In this document: piece after piece, positions 55,127 through 64,000 of the stretch
Numbering within the stretch: the stretch's first letter is position 1
Layout: each line of letters opens with the position of its first letter
Source: Limnochordia bacterium
GTDB lineage: Bacteria; Bacillota; Limnochordia; DTU080
Assembly (NCBI GenBank): GCA_050951545.1
Contig: JBMNJG010000007.1
Location: forward strand, 64,001 to 128,000
Direction: 5' to 3'
Length of the DNA stretch: 64,000 bases
Made by a program: the position numbers and the translations under genes
Notes under the pieces: model-generated
Seen by the model: only the letters and a program-made list of their open reading frames with translations
The model's database searches: none
Told to the model about the DNA's origin: nothing

Positions 55127-57367
55127 ATGAGTAGCCCGGATCCATCGCTTATCCTCAATATGGTGATGTCGGGTGGTCTCTTGGCGTTGGGCTTGTACCA
55201 CTTAGGGCTCTCTACGCTGCGCCAGAGAGGCTTGTTTCCGCTGCATCTTTCGGCGTTTTGCTTGATAGCGTCAGTACGCACGCTCTGCACAGAGCCCACT
55301 CTCATCACGGACCTGTTGCCTGGTCTGAGCGAAGAGATGCTGGTCAGACAATACTATGTGGCGACGTTCATGCTTTTGCCCGTGCTCGTGCTAGTCTTGC
55401 GTTCTCTGTACAGCAGGCATCTCTCAGACTGGTTGCGCTATGGAAGCCTGGTGCTAGGTATCATCTTCAGCACAGGTGCGATGCTCGTACCCTCAGAAAC
55501 CCTGACAGATCTGGGGTGGCTTTTCCAGGTTGTTCTCGTAGCGTCTTGCGTCCATCTGCTGATCACCCTACAGGCAGCAGCGCGCTGGTCACAGGAGGGG
55601 ACACGCCCCCTGCAGATCATGCTGTGTGTGGCGTTGCTTGCCTCTTTCAAGGATGCGTTGGGGCACGTGTTTCTGGCGATAGATCTGTCTTCCATAGCGC
55701 TCGTTATGCTGGCTTTCACTCTGTCTTATGTGCTTTTTGACAGGGTCGCTGCCAGCCTTGAACGCATGGAGGGTCTCTCGGAGAAGCTGACGGAGCTGGA
55801 CAAGGAGAGGGACCACCTTCTGTCTGACGCAGCCGGCGAGCTTCGCGTTCCACTTAGCGACATTATCGCCATCGCCGACTCGATGCTCTCCGGAGTCAAC
55901 GGCCCGCTTACCGAGAGGCAGGAGACTGACCTTGATGCCGTGGTATCTAGCGGGCACCGACTCACAGGCCTTGTGGACGATCTGGTGGACTTGACGCAGT
56001 TGGAGAACGAGGCTGTCATGCTTCAGGTAAGGGAAGTGGATGTGGGCCAGATGATCAAGATGGTCCTCACGCTGAACGAGCCCGTAGCCCGCCAGAAGAA
56101 CGTTCAATTGGTGGATGAACTACCGCCGCAGCTTCCTCTTACTTTGGCAGATGAGGATCGCTTGCAGGAAGTGATCGCCATTCTAACTGAGAACGCTATC
56201 GAGTCTAGCGAAGACGGGCAGGTGCGCGTGGGCGCAGGGGTGTTGGGTGAGACGCTGAGGATCGGCATCACCTACGCCTCTTCGCTTGAGGGTGCCCAGC
56301 CGCAAGCCTTGGAGTCTCACGTAGCCCAGCGCTTGCTGAGGCTACACGGTAGCGAGCTGCTGAGCCAGAGGCTGCATACAGGGGAGTTGCAGGTCACCTT
56401 CGCCCTTCCCATCAGCAGTTCGTTTTCCGTCTTCCCTACACCAGTGGAGTCGGCTCTTTCGTCTACCTCCACCGCAACCCGAATTCTTGTGGCGGAAGAC
56501 GAGCCAGTCAGCTTGCAGGCCTTGGCCAACTATCTCCTTCTAGATGGTCATTCCGTGGTGACAGCGCGCGATGGCGAAGAGGCGTTGAGGTTGCTCAACG
56601 AGATGGAGTCTTTCGATCTGGCTCTCTTGGACGTGATGATGCCCAAACTATCCGGCTTTGATCTCTGTCAGCGGATACGAGCGGATAAGCGCTGGGCGAG
56701 TCTGCCTATCGTCATGATCATCTCTCGCAATAGGCCGCAGGACATCTCAGCCTCGTTAGCAGTCGGGGCTAACGATTACCTCGCGGCCCCTTTCACCAGG
56801 GGTGAGTTGATCACCCGTGTCAACACTCTGCTCAATCTGCAGAAGACAGCACGCGAAGCGATGTCCAGCGGGTACCTGGCCAGCCATGATCCGTTGACTG
56901 GTGTAGCGAATCGCCGCTCGTTTGAAGGGGAGTTGGAGAAAGAGCTGCTGCGGGCCTCCGAATCTGGTGCTACGGGGGCCCTGTTCTTCATCGACATGGA
57001 CAGCTTGAAGCATGTCAATGACACCTTGGGGCATAGGGCGGGGGACCGGGCGATCGGAAACCTAGTGCAGGCGATGCATAGGAGCTTTCGTACCACCGAC
57101 ACGATGGCGCGCATCGGAGGCGACGAGTTCGCTGTGCTGTTACCTGACGTCCGCGAAACGGACGCGGAAAGGGCGGCGCAGCGTCTCTTGTCAGCCGTAC
57201 AAGAGAGCCCTCTGCAAGAAGAGGGCCGTTCCGTGTACCTGTATGTCAGCATTGGCATCGCTCTCTACCCTGAGCAAGGCACGACAGCTGATGAGCTGCT
57301 AGCTGTCGCTGACCGGGCCATGTACAGGGCCAAAGCAGAGGGAGGCGGCCGCTACCACCTCAGGTAA
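55127..57367 (+). CDS. Membrane diguanylate cyclase: 7TM-DISM TM region, degenerate kinase, REC, GGDEF
   Basis: LGLYHL TM bundle; DAAGELRVPL (no His); ILVAEDE..LLDVMMP; HDPLTGVANR, NDTLGH, RTTD-x5-GGDEF. Confidence 0.9.
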   Translation: MSSPDPSLILNMVMSGGLLALGLYHLGLSTLRQRGLFPLHLSAFCLIASVRTLCTEPTLITDLLPGLSEEMLVRQYYVATFMLLPVLVLVLRSLYSRHLSDWLRYGSLVLGIIFSTGAMLVPSETLTDLGWLFQVVLVASCVHLLITLQAAARWSQEGTRPLQIMLCVALLASFKDALGHVFLAIDLSSIALVMLAFTLSYVLFDRVAASLERMEGLSEKLTELDKERDHLLSDAAGELRVPLSDIIAIADSMLSGVNGPLTERQETDLDAVVSSGHRLTGLVDDLVDLTQLENEAVMLQVREVDVGQMIKMVLTLNEPVARQKNVQLVDELPPQLPLTLADEDRLQEVIAILTENAIESSEDGQVRVGAGVLGETLRIGITYASSLEGAQPQALESHVAQRLLRLHGSELLSQRLHTGELQVTFALPISSSFSVFPTPVESALSSTSTATRILVAEDEPVSLQALANYLLLDGHSVVTARDGEEALRLLNEMESFDLALLDVMMPKLSGFDLCQRIRADKRWASLPIVMIISRNRPQDISASLAVGANDYLAAPFTRGELITRVNTLLNLQKTAREAMSSGYLASHDPLTGVANRRSFEGELEKELLRASESGATGALFFIDMDSLKHVNDTLGHRAGDRAIGNLVQAMHRSFRTTDTMARIGGDEFAVLLPDVRETDAERAAQRLLSAVQESPLQEEGRSVYLYVSIGIALYPEQGTTADELLAVADRAMYRAKAEGGGRYHLR

Positions 57368-57391
57368 TCGCCGCCTCCTGTCACGGAACTG

Positions 57392-60085
57392 CTACTGGGC
57401 TTTCCGGAACCGCTGGCGTATGGCCTTGATGACCTCGCCAATCACCAGTGGGGACAGCGAAAGCATAAGCACCAGATCCCATTCGTTGTTCGTCAACGGT
57501 ACGGTGTTGAAAATGGGTTGCAGCGGAGGCAGCAAGACCACAGCCAACTGGAGCGTCACGGACAAAGCCAAGGCACCGACTAAGGGACGGTTGGAGAAAA
57601 GGCCTAGTTTGAACACCGACTTTGTGCGGCTACGGGCATTGAGGGCATGCGCCATCTGAGAGAGGCTTAGCGTAAGGAAAGCAAGAGTTCGAGCTTCTTC
57701 GATTGGGGCCCCTCGCTGTAACGTATACCAGAAGGCAAACATGGTGAGGCCACCCAAAAGCACTCCCTGCCAGAGGATGGTCCATCCCAGGCCATTCGCT
57801 AGCACTCCCTCATTATCGCGGCGGGGCCGTTGGTTCATGACGTCTTTCTCACCAGGCTCAACGCCCAAGGCAAGGGCGGGGGCACCGTCGGTGACAAGGT
57901 TCATCCACAGTATCTGAATGGCGGTGAGTGGCCTGCCCCAGCCGAAGACAATGGCGAAGAAAATCGCCGCGATTTCACCAGCGTTGCAGGAGAGCAGATA
58001 GTGGATGACTTTCTGGATGTTGGCGAACACCGTGCGTCCTGTGGCCATCGCCGCGATGATCGTAGCGAAGTTGTCGTCGGTAAGTACCATGTCTGCAGCT
58101 TCCTTAGCTACATCCGTGCCCGTGATACCCATGGCTACGCCGATGTCGGCGCGCTTGAGGGCAGGAGCGTCGTTGACACCGTCCCCGGTCATGGCTACCA
58201 CGTGACCATGCCGTTTATACGCATTAACGATGCGTAGCTTATGCTCGGGTGAGACCCGGGCATACACTGTGACTCGCTCAGCGACATTCTGGAGCTGGTC
58301 GTCGCTCATGGCTTCAAGTTCGCTTCCTGTGAGAACTTGATCTTGTGGATGCCATATGCCCACTTCCCGGGCGATGGCTACTGCCGTATCCTTGTGGTCG
58401 CCTGTGATCATTACTGGTCGGGCGCCTGCGGTGAAGCACTGGCGGACGGCTTCTTTCACCTCTTCTCGAGGCGGGTCCTGCATAGCCACCAGACCAATGA
58501 AGGTCAGATTGCGCTCTACACTGAGCGAGTCCATCTGCTCGGGTAGGCTTGACCAGGCGCGAAAAGCGACGGCAAGCACCCGCAGACCTTCCTGGGCAAA
58601 TGAGGCATTGACATCCAGCAGTTGCTGGCGTGTCTCGTCGCTGAGGGCGGTCACCTTGCCATTGTGGAGTATGGCATCGCAGCGGCCAATCAGCACATCT
58701 GGGGCACCCTTAGTAAAGGTCACGTACCCATCAGACATGGGTAGGAGACCATCGTCTTGCCAGTGGTGAAGGGTGGTCATCATTTTGCGCCTGGAGTCAA
58801 ACGGCACCTCATCGAGGCGAGGAGAGGCCGTTGTCAGACGGTCCAGATCAAGGTCCATGCGCATAGCTGCGATAAGCAAGGCACCTTCTGTAGGATCTCC
58901 GATGATCCGGGTCTGTTCACTATCAGTCGTCTCAAGGTGGGCATCGTTGGCCAAGGAGGCGCCCGCCAGAAGGGCTGCGGTACCGGAGGGGGCGTTTGGA
59001 AAGTGATCGTCAGACAGCCGAAGGTGTTGGTTATCCACATAGCCAGCGACGACGGTCATCTCGTTCCTGGTCAGTGTGCCAGTCTTGTCCGAGCAGATGA
59101 CAGTGGCCGCACCCAGCGTTTCTACCGCCGGGAGTCGACGGATGATCGCTCGCTGACGGCTCATCTGCTGCATGCCTAGGGCGAGGACGATGGTGACAAT
59201 GGCTGCTAGTCCTTCAGGTACGGCGGCGACTGCGAGACTGATAGAGGTCATCAGCATCTCGAGTGCGCTTTCGCCACGAAGGATCCCAGCAGCGAAGACG
59301 ACAATCACCAGGGCGATGGCCACCAGACCGAGCGTCTTCCCGAGCTGGTCTAGGCGCTTCTGCAGAGGCGTGGTCTCTTGCGGGGCCTCCTGGATGAGTT
59401 GGGCCACCCGACCGATCTCCGTCTGCATGCCAGAGCGTATCACGATCCCGTGTCCGCGGCCATAGGTGACCACTGTACTCATAAAGGCGAGGTTGCGTTG
59501 TTCACCTAGCGGAATGCTTGCTGGGGGGTTACCGTTTAGCGCGGAGGGCAAAGCGGCCTGAGTGCTTTTCTCGACTGGCACCGATTCACCCGTGAGGGCC
59601 GACTCATCGATTCTGAGAGCCGCCGTTTCGGTAAGGCGCAAGTCTGCAGGAATGAAATCGCCAGCCTCCAAGACGACCACATCGCCGGGAACCAGTTCGC
59701 TGCTGGGAATGCGGGTCGTCGCGCCGTCTCGCAAGACCTTGGCCAGAGGCTGACTTAGTTCCTTGAGTGCACGCATGGCGCTCTCCGCTCGATGCTCATG
59801 GAGTACACCCAAGGCGGCATTGAGCAAAACGATCAGCAGGATGACTACTGCATCCTTCCATTCGCCTAGCGCACCCGAGATGGTTGCCGCGGCAATAAGC
59901 ATCAGCACAAGCGTTTCTTGCAGTTGTGATACGAACATCGACCAGATGCTATGAGGCGGAGCTTCGGTGAGTTCGTTCGGGCCATAGACCTCGAAACGTT
60001 TAGCAGCCTCCTGTGACGATAGACCGCTGTCGTGATCCGTTTTCAAGACAGTGGCTGTGTCGCTTACACTCATGCTGTGCCACAT
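57392..60085 (-). CDS. P-type IIA cation (Ca2+/Mn2+) transporting ATPase
   Basis: TGES, PEGL, DKTGTLT, KGAPD, TGD, GDGVND, NLVTDG. Confidence 0.95.
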   Translation of the reverse strand: MWHSMSVSDTATVLKTDHDSGLSSQEAAKRFEVYGPNELTEAPPHSIWSMFVSQLQETLVLMLIAAATISGALGEWKDAVVILLIVLLNAALGVLHEHRAESAMRALKELSQPLAKVLRDGATTRIPSSELVPGDVVVLEAGDFIPADLRLTETAALRIDESALTGESVPVEKSTQAALPSALNGNPPASIPLGEQRNLAFMSTVVTYGRGHGIVIRSGMQTEIGRVAQLIQEAPQETTPLQKRLDQLGKTLGLVAIALVIVVFAAGILRGESALEMLMTSISLAVAAVPEGLAAIVTIVLALGMQQMSRQRAIIRRLPAVETLGAATVICSDKTGTLTRNEMTVVAGYVDNQHLRLSDDHFPNAPSGTAALLAGASLANDAHLETTDSEQTRIIGDPTEGALLIAAMRMDLDLDRLTTASPRLDEVPFDSRRKMMTTLHHWQDDGLLPMSDGYVTFTKGAPDVLIGRCDAILHNGKVTALSDETRQQLLDVNASFAQEGLRVLAVAFRAWSSLPEQMDSLSVERNLTFIGLVAMQDPPREEVKEAVRQCFTAGARPVMITGDHKDTAVAIAREVGIWHPQDQVLTGSELEAMSDDQLQNVAERVTVYARVSPEHKLRIVNAYKRHGHVVAMTGDGVNDAPALKRADIGVAMGITGTDVAKEAADMVLTDDNFATIIAAMATGRTVFANIQKVIHYLLSCNAGEIAAIFFAIVFGWGRPLTAIQILWMNLVTDGAPALALGVEPGEKDVMNQRPRRDNEGVLANGLGWTILWQGVLLGGLTMFAFWYTLQRGAPIEEARTLAFLTLSLSQMAHALNARSRTKSVFKLGLFSNRPLVGALALSVTLQLAVVLLPPLQPIFNTVPLTNNEWDLVLMLSLSPLVIGEVIKAIRQRFRKAQ

Positions 60086-60173
60086 CTGCTGTTCGACCCT
60101 TCGTCTCCGATGATTCCATCCTGCACCCCCGAGAGATATGTTGCCCTGTTATGCAGATAAGGGTGGCGTGCAT

Positions 60174-60213
60174 AAAAAAAGACCCTTGCAGAACAGAGCG
60201 TTCTGCAAAGGTC
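60174..60213 (-). terminator. Riboswitch expression-platform terminator
   Basis: GACCTTTGCAGAAC..GTTCTGCAAGGGTC followed by T7; overlaps the 3' strand of aptamer P1. Confidence 0.9.
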
Positions 60214-60307
60214 TTGCTTACGAGGTGTACCTCGACCCTCGAGCGGGGCAGGCGTAAACCTGACCGTGCTGACGCCCGTGGGATGTGGGAAAGCTACTCC
60301 CCTTTGC
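60205..60307 (-). ncRNA. yybP-ykoY (Mn2+) riboswitch aptamer
   Basis: Minus strand GCAAAGGGGAGTAGC..CGTCAGCACG..GCAAGACCTTTGC; upstream of a P-type ATPase; TTGACT-18-TATGGT promoter just upstream. Confidence 0.93.
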
Positions 60308-60354
60308 GGTCTCACCATAGCATGTCACGATTGGGCAAGTCAAGTACTCAGGGC

Positions 60355-60385
60355 CGACGGCTCTTCCGAGTGAGAAGAGCCGTCG
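60355..60385 (-). terminator. Hairpin after the Gfo/Idh/MocA gene
   Basis: CGACGGCTCTTC..GAAGAGCCGTCG. Confidence 0.7.
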
Positions 60386-60396
60386 CTTACCGTTGT

Positions 60397-61395
60397 TTAG
60401 CTGCAGGCGATTGGCAGGAATGCGCCGCCCTGGCGTATCGATTCTTCTGCGGTCAAGCAGGCCCTTGCTACCGCGAAGACATCGTCAGTAGAGATGAAGG
60501 GCTCTTCGCCATTCTCAATGTCGGTGATCATGTCAGCGACAAAAGAGGCGTGCTTGGGAGTATCCAGAGTTGGCTCGAACGTTCCTTTCTTGTTGCTAAC
60601 GACGAGTACGTGATTCGCTGCGTAGGCCCGGAGGTGGGCAGATCCCTCAGTGCCCATTATTATGACTCGCGTATCGCCCCAAGAGGCGGCGACACGCGGA
60701 GTCAGCCAGTCTGCCGTGATGGTGGCACCAGTTCCGTCGCTTAACTGAAACGATGCTTGCGCATGATCGTTGAGGCGGGGCTCTCGGTACTTCTTACAGG
60801 CCGCGATGGCATGTACCCCCACATACTCCGCCCCAGTGAGCCAGCGGACCTGATCGACACCGTGGCAGGCCAAGTCATGAAACGTGCCCGCATAGGCGTG
60901 GGTGTCGTAGTACCAGCTACGAGCTGGCAGTCGTAGCTGGTGCGGGTGCGTAGAGACGATACTCACAATCTCGCCCAGATCTCCGGCTACGACGCTCTCG
61001 CGTAACGCCATAAAGGACGGATGGCTGCGACTGGTAAACCACATGGAGACCCGGATGCCGGAAGCATCGACGGCCTGACGCATGCGCTTCCAGTCACTGA
61101 GACCAGTGCACAGGGGTTTGTCCAAGAGCACGTGGGCTCCCGCAGCTGCGGCTGCCTCGACTAGCTCTGTCTTCTCGGGATGGGTACATCCTTCTAGGAT
61201 CAGCTCGGGCCGTGCCTTGTCGAGCATGTCCGCCAAGGTTGGGAACCGGGGAATATCCATCGTCCTGCAGATGCCTTCATATAGCGTGTCTTCGGGTTCC
61301 ACAATGCCCACGATCTCCGCGTTTTTTGCGGCCAATGCGGAGCTGATCATGCCCCGAACGTGGCCGTAGTGTACACCCATGATTCCGATGCGCAT
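60397..61395 (-). CDS. Gfo/Idh/MocA family oxidoreductase
   Basis: RIGIMG..GH, GAHVLLDKP, GTFHDLACHGVD, GTEG. Confidence 0.92.
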   Translation of the reverse strand: MRIGIMGVHYGHVRGMISSALAAKNAEIVGIVEPEDTLYEGICRTMDIPRFPTLADMLDKARPELILEGCTHPEKTELVEAAAAAGAHVLLDKPLCTGLSDWKRMRQAVDASGIRVSMWFTSRSHPSFMALRESVVAGDLGEIVSIVSTHPHQLRLPARSWYYDTHAYAGTFHDLACHGVDQVRWLTGAEYVGVHAIAACKKYREPRLNDHAQASFQLSDGTGATITADWLTPRVAASWGDTRVIIMGTEGSAHLRAYAANHVLVVSNKKGTFEPTLDTPKHASFVADMITDIENGEEPFISTDDVFAVARACLTAEESIRQGGAFLPIACS

Positions 61396-61418
61396 CAATG
61401 TCACCTCACTGGATAGCT

Positions 61419-63450
61419 CTAACTGTCAGGGTACGACATGCTCTCTGGAAAATCCGCGGAGTCTGCCGTGGCGAAAACCTTGGCATCCCCTGCGTAGCGA
61501 TAGGCCTGTTGCATCCATTCTAGCCAACTTGAGGGCAGCTCTTTGGCACCGCCAATAGTCAGAGGGACTGGTGCCATTAGAGTTGCGGCCATGCGCAGAT
61601 CTCCTGCCTTGCGGATTCCCGGCACAAATAGGTGGCTGGTAAAGCTCTCATCACTGCCATTCATTTGGCTCAGATCGGCGCACAAAGTCAAGACGTTCGG
61701 ATGTGCTGCACTATGGCCTACTGTGCGCAGAAGAGCGACAGCACACATAGAAAGGGGACCGCCACTGCCCAAGCCCACAACCTTGATCTTGTTAACCCCG
61801 GGTAGCGCATGAGCCCAGCGAATGGCGGTTGCCACATCCTGGGCGCGCAAGGCGGCGTCTGTATAGTGATAGGACGTGAAATGGGGACGATTATGTGGTC
61901 GTCCGGTGAACCCGCTCGGGGACTGATACTCGCCTGTGAGAAACAGGTCCAGACCGAGAACACGAGTGCCCGCTCTGTAACTCCCGCTCTAGGTGTGCGA
62001 GCCAGGGAGAAGCGAGTAGCGCTTGCTTGCCGTCTCCGTGCACGACGACCGTCACTTGGTCGCCGCAGCCTTGATCGGATCTGAAGAGGGTAGCAGGTAT
62101 GGCCAGCCCAGCCTCCCGTCCCAGCCACAGTAGCTCGGCCTCTGCCTCCACCGCTGCGAGTGCTAGTAGCTGCTTTTGACGCGAGACGGCTTCTACTGGT
62201 TTTTGGGGCACTGCGGGAAACAGTCGCTGCCAGTAGGGGGCGTAGACACTGCGGGCGTGATCTAGCTCGGCCTTGCTGGTAGGGGCATGGGCCTGCAAGA
62301 CTTGCTCAGCGCGCTCTTTCAGGTAGTTGAACACGCCAGTCTGGTCAAGTCCCTGTGGGCGCTGATCCACTGAGGCGAAGACACGCAAATCATCGTCAGG
62401 TGGCGGTTGTACGTCGCCTTCATTTTCGAAGGTGGCGGAGTCGTCTTCGGTAGGGGGCAGCCAGTGCAAGAACCAATCGTAGACGAACCTCCGCGAGGTC
62501 TTGTTGTAGTTATGTTCAGCGTTGACCTGGCAGTAGGCGATGTGGTCACCTGCCTCGAGCAGCTCGTAGATGGCACGAATGGCAGGATATTCGAGCTGTG
62601 GCGTATTGACCGTCCAGTCACCTGTGGCAGAGACCATGAGCATCGGCCGCGGTGCCATCAGGGCGGCGTACTCGACGCTTTGGGTACCTATGCGTAGACC
62701 AGGAGCGTTCTCGCAGACACAACCGCCCTGGTAGCACGAGGAGATCATATTGACGGGTGCAGAGACCCGAATTCTATCGTCCACTGCCGTAAGTAGGAAG
62801 GTCTGCGTGCCGCCTCCCGATGCACCGGTACAGCCAATACGTTCCGGATCCACATCGGGGAGCGATGCCAGGAAGTCGACAGCCCTGATGCTGTTCCACA
62901 GCTGTAAGCCCAGAATGCTAATGCCCCACAGGGCGTTAGACCAGTCTGCGTGGCGATGTGCGACTTGCCAGCTGTCCTCGTAGCCTACCATGTCGTAAGC
63001 GAAGGCGACATAACCCAGGCGGGCGAAGGTGATGCAGCGGGCTGGAATGGATCCTCGCTCGTGGTGGTGCAGTCGGCCTCTTTTCCAGTGACCATGAGGG
63101 TTGAGAATGGCTGCTCTGCGCGAACTGGAGGCTGCCAGAGGTCGGTACAGGTTTCCCGTAACGAAGAAGCCCGGAAAGCTCTCAAAGCAGACTTTCTCAA
63201 CGCTGTAGCCGTCATGGATGGAACGGCCTGTAACACGGGCTCTGAGTGGTTCCTTTTCCGGCACGGGCCAGAGTCCCGCGGCAACAAGCAACTGGTGGCG
63301 CAGGGCTGCGGCTCGTGTGAGCCAGCTTTCTTTGTCTGTGAAGTGGGGGGGAGGGCAAGGCGTTTTATTGTGCCTGATCTCAAACAGCCGCCGGTCGGGC
63401 GGGAGCCCTTCCATGTGGGGAACGGCCTTTATGTGCATGATGCGAGACAC
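61419..63450 (-). pseudogene. Acetylxylan esterase-like alpha/beta hydrolase interrupted by a +1 frameshift near 61970 (true pseudogene or sequencing error)
   Basis: PHGHW, GCTGASGGGTQT, GGCVCE, HNY in ORF 61891-63450. Removing one G gives SGTRVLGLDLFLTGE..TDAALRAQDV, in frame with 61419-61850. Confidence 0.8.
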
Positions 63451-63589
63451 CTTCTTTATGATCTTCGTTCCTTTCTCAGTTTAGTCGGCGGCGCTTCTGT
63501 TCCTCCTTTTGTTGCGGGGGTATCTTGCTTGGTGGCCCGAGTCTGGATGAGGTCAGGCCGCGAAACACAGCTGCGGAGTATGGGAACAG

Positions 63590-63627
63590 AAAAGGGAGCG
63601 GCCGCGTTTAGCGGACACTCCCTTTTT
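63590..63627. terminator. Intrinsic terminator
   Basis: AAAAGGGAG..CTCCCTTTTT. Confidence 0.75.
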
Positions 63628-63656
63628 GTGGAATTGAATCAGTGTCTGAACCAAGA

Positions 63657-64000
63657 TCACTCAGCGAAGATAGGTACCAACTGAGTGTGAATCTGTTCTA
63701 GAGCAGTCTCAAGAGCCAGCCTACCCGCCCATACCTCGTTGAGCTTGGGGTTGACCACCGTGTTGACTTGTGCCTGCTGTGGGATAACGTAGTTTATTTG
63801 TGTTTCGGGCTGAGCTGCTACCTCAAAGAAGGCCATCACGTTGCTAGGAGCATGCTTGTTGAGGATGCCATAGCGACCCTGAATGCTCATCAATGAGGGA
63901 GCACGGCCTGTCATCTCGACAAAGCGTAGTGCAGACTCCGTATCCAGAGAAATGAACTGCAGCCACTTCCACGCTTCCTCTTGGTGTGGGGTTTCCGCGA
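63657..64000 (-). CDS. C-terminal part of an ABC sugar-binding protein (5' end outside the window)
   Basis: Open to the window edge; TPHQEEAWKWLQFI..TGRAP..LNEVWAG..ETAL parallels the C-terminus of 37828-39096. Confidence 0.75.
   Translation of the reverse strand, partial: AETPHQEEAWKWLQFISLDTESALRFVEMTGRAPSLMSIQGRYGILNKHAPSNVMAFFEVAAQPETQINYVIPQQAQVNTVVNPKLNEVWAGRLALETALEQIHTQLVPIFAE

Noticed and set aside
59031-59039. DnaA box TTATCCACA
   Set aside because: A single copy inside the ATPase coding region, expected by chance.
60013-60744. 243-aa plus-strand ORF
   Set aside because: It is antisense to the riboswitch and the oxidoreductase gene and has no motifs, so it is a shadow ORF. The same applies to the many other antisense ORFs in the track.

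Overview
Chromosomal segment, GC-rich by eye, from what looks like a diderm, probably spore-forming anaerobic Bacillota (Limnochordia-like is an inference). The inference rests on an outer-membrane secretin/pilin cluster and non-lipidated solute-binding proteins sitting beside Firmicute markers (yabE, rsmA, veg, SipL-like, ispE, purR). Housekeeping content includes a four-subunit pyruvate:ferredoxin oxidoreductase operon, mgtE, larE, the PspA/PspAA/HtpX/PspAB stress module, ddl, a DnaD-domain/DnaB helicase pair, accD, folD, and a P-type ATPase with a clear yybP-ykoY riboswitch. I saw no rRNA, tRNA, CRISPR array or transposase. The strongest candidate for an undescribed system is 4752-7542: a tandem winged-HTH plus Vsr/EDxHD-like nuclease gene with an upstream non-coding array of four ~215-nt conserved, hairpin-rich repeats separated by 190-360-nt spacers. 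Secondary candidates are a 21-nt exact motif shared by two unrelated 5' leaders (DUF1080 gene and folD), a possible leader-peptide attenuator on mgtE, a secretin with a C-terminal beta-barrel-like domain, and several pseudo-enzyme domains. All protein calls come from motif recognition by eye. No database searches were run.
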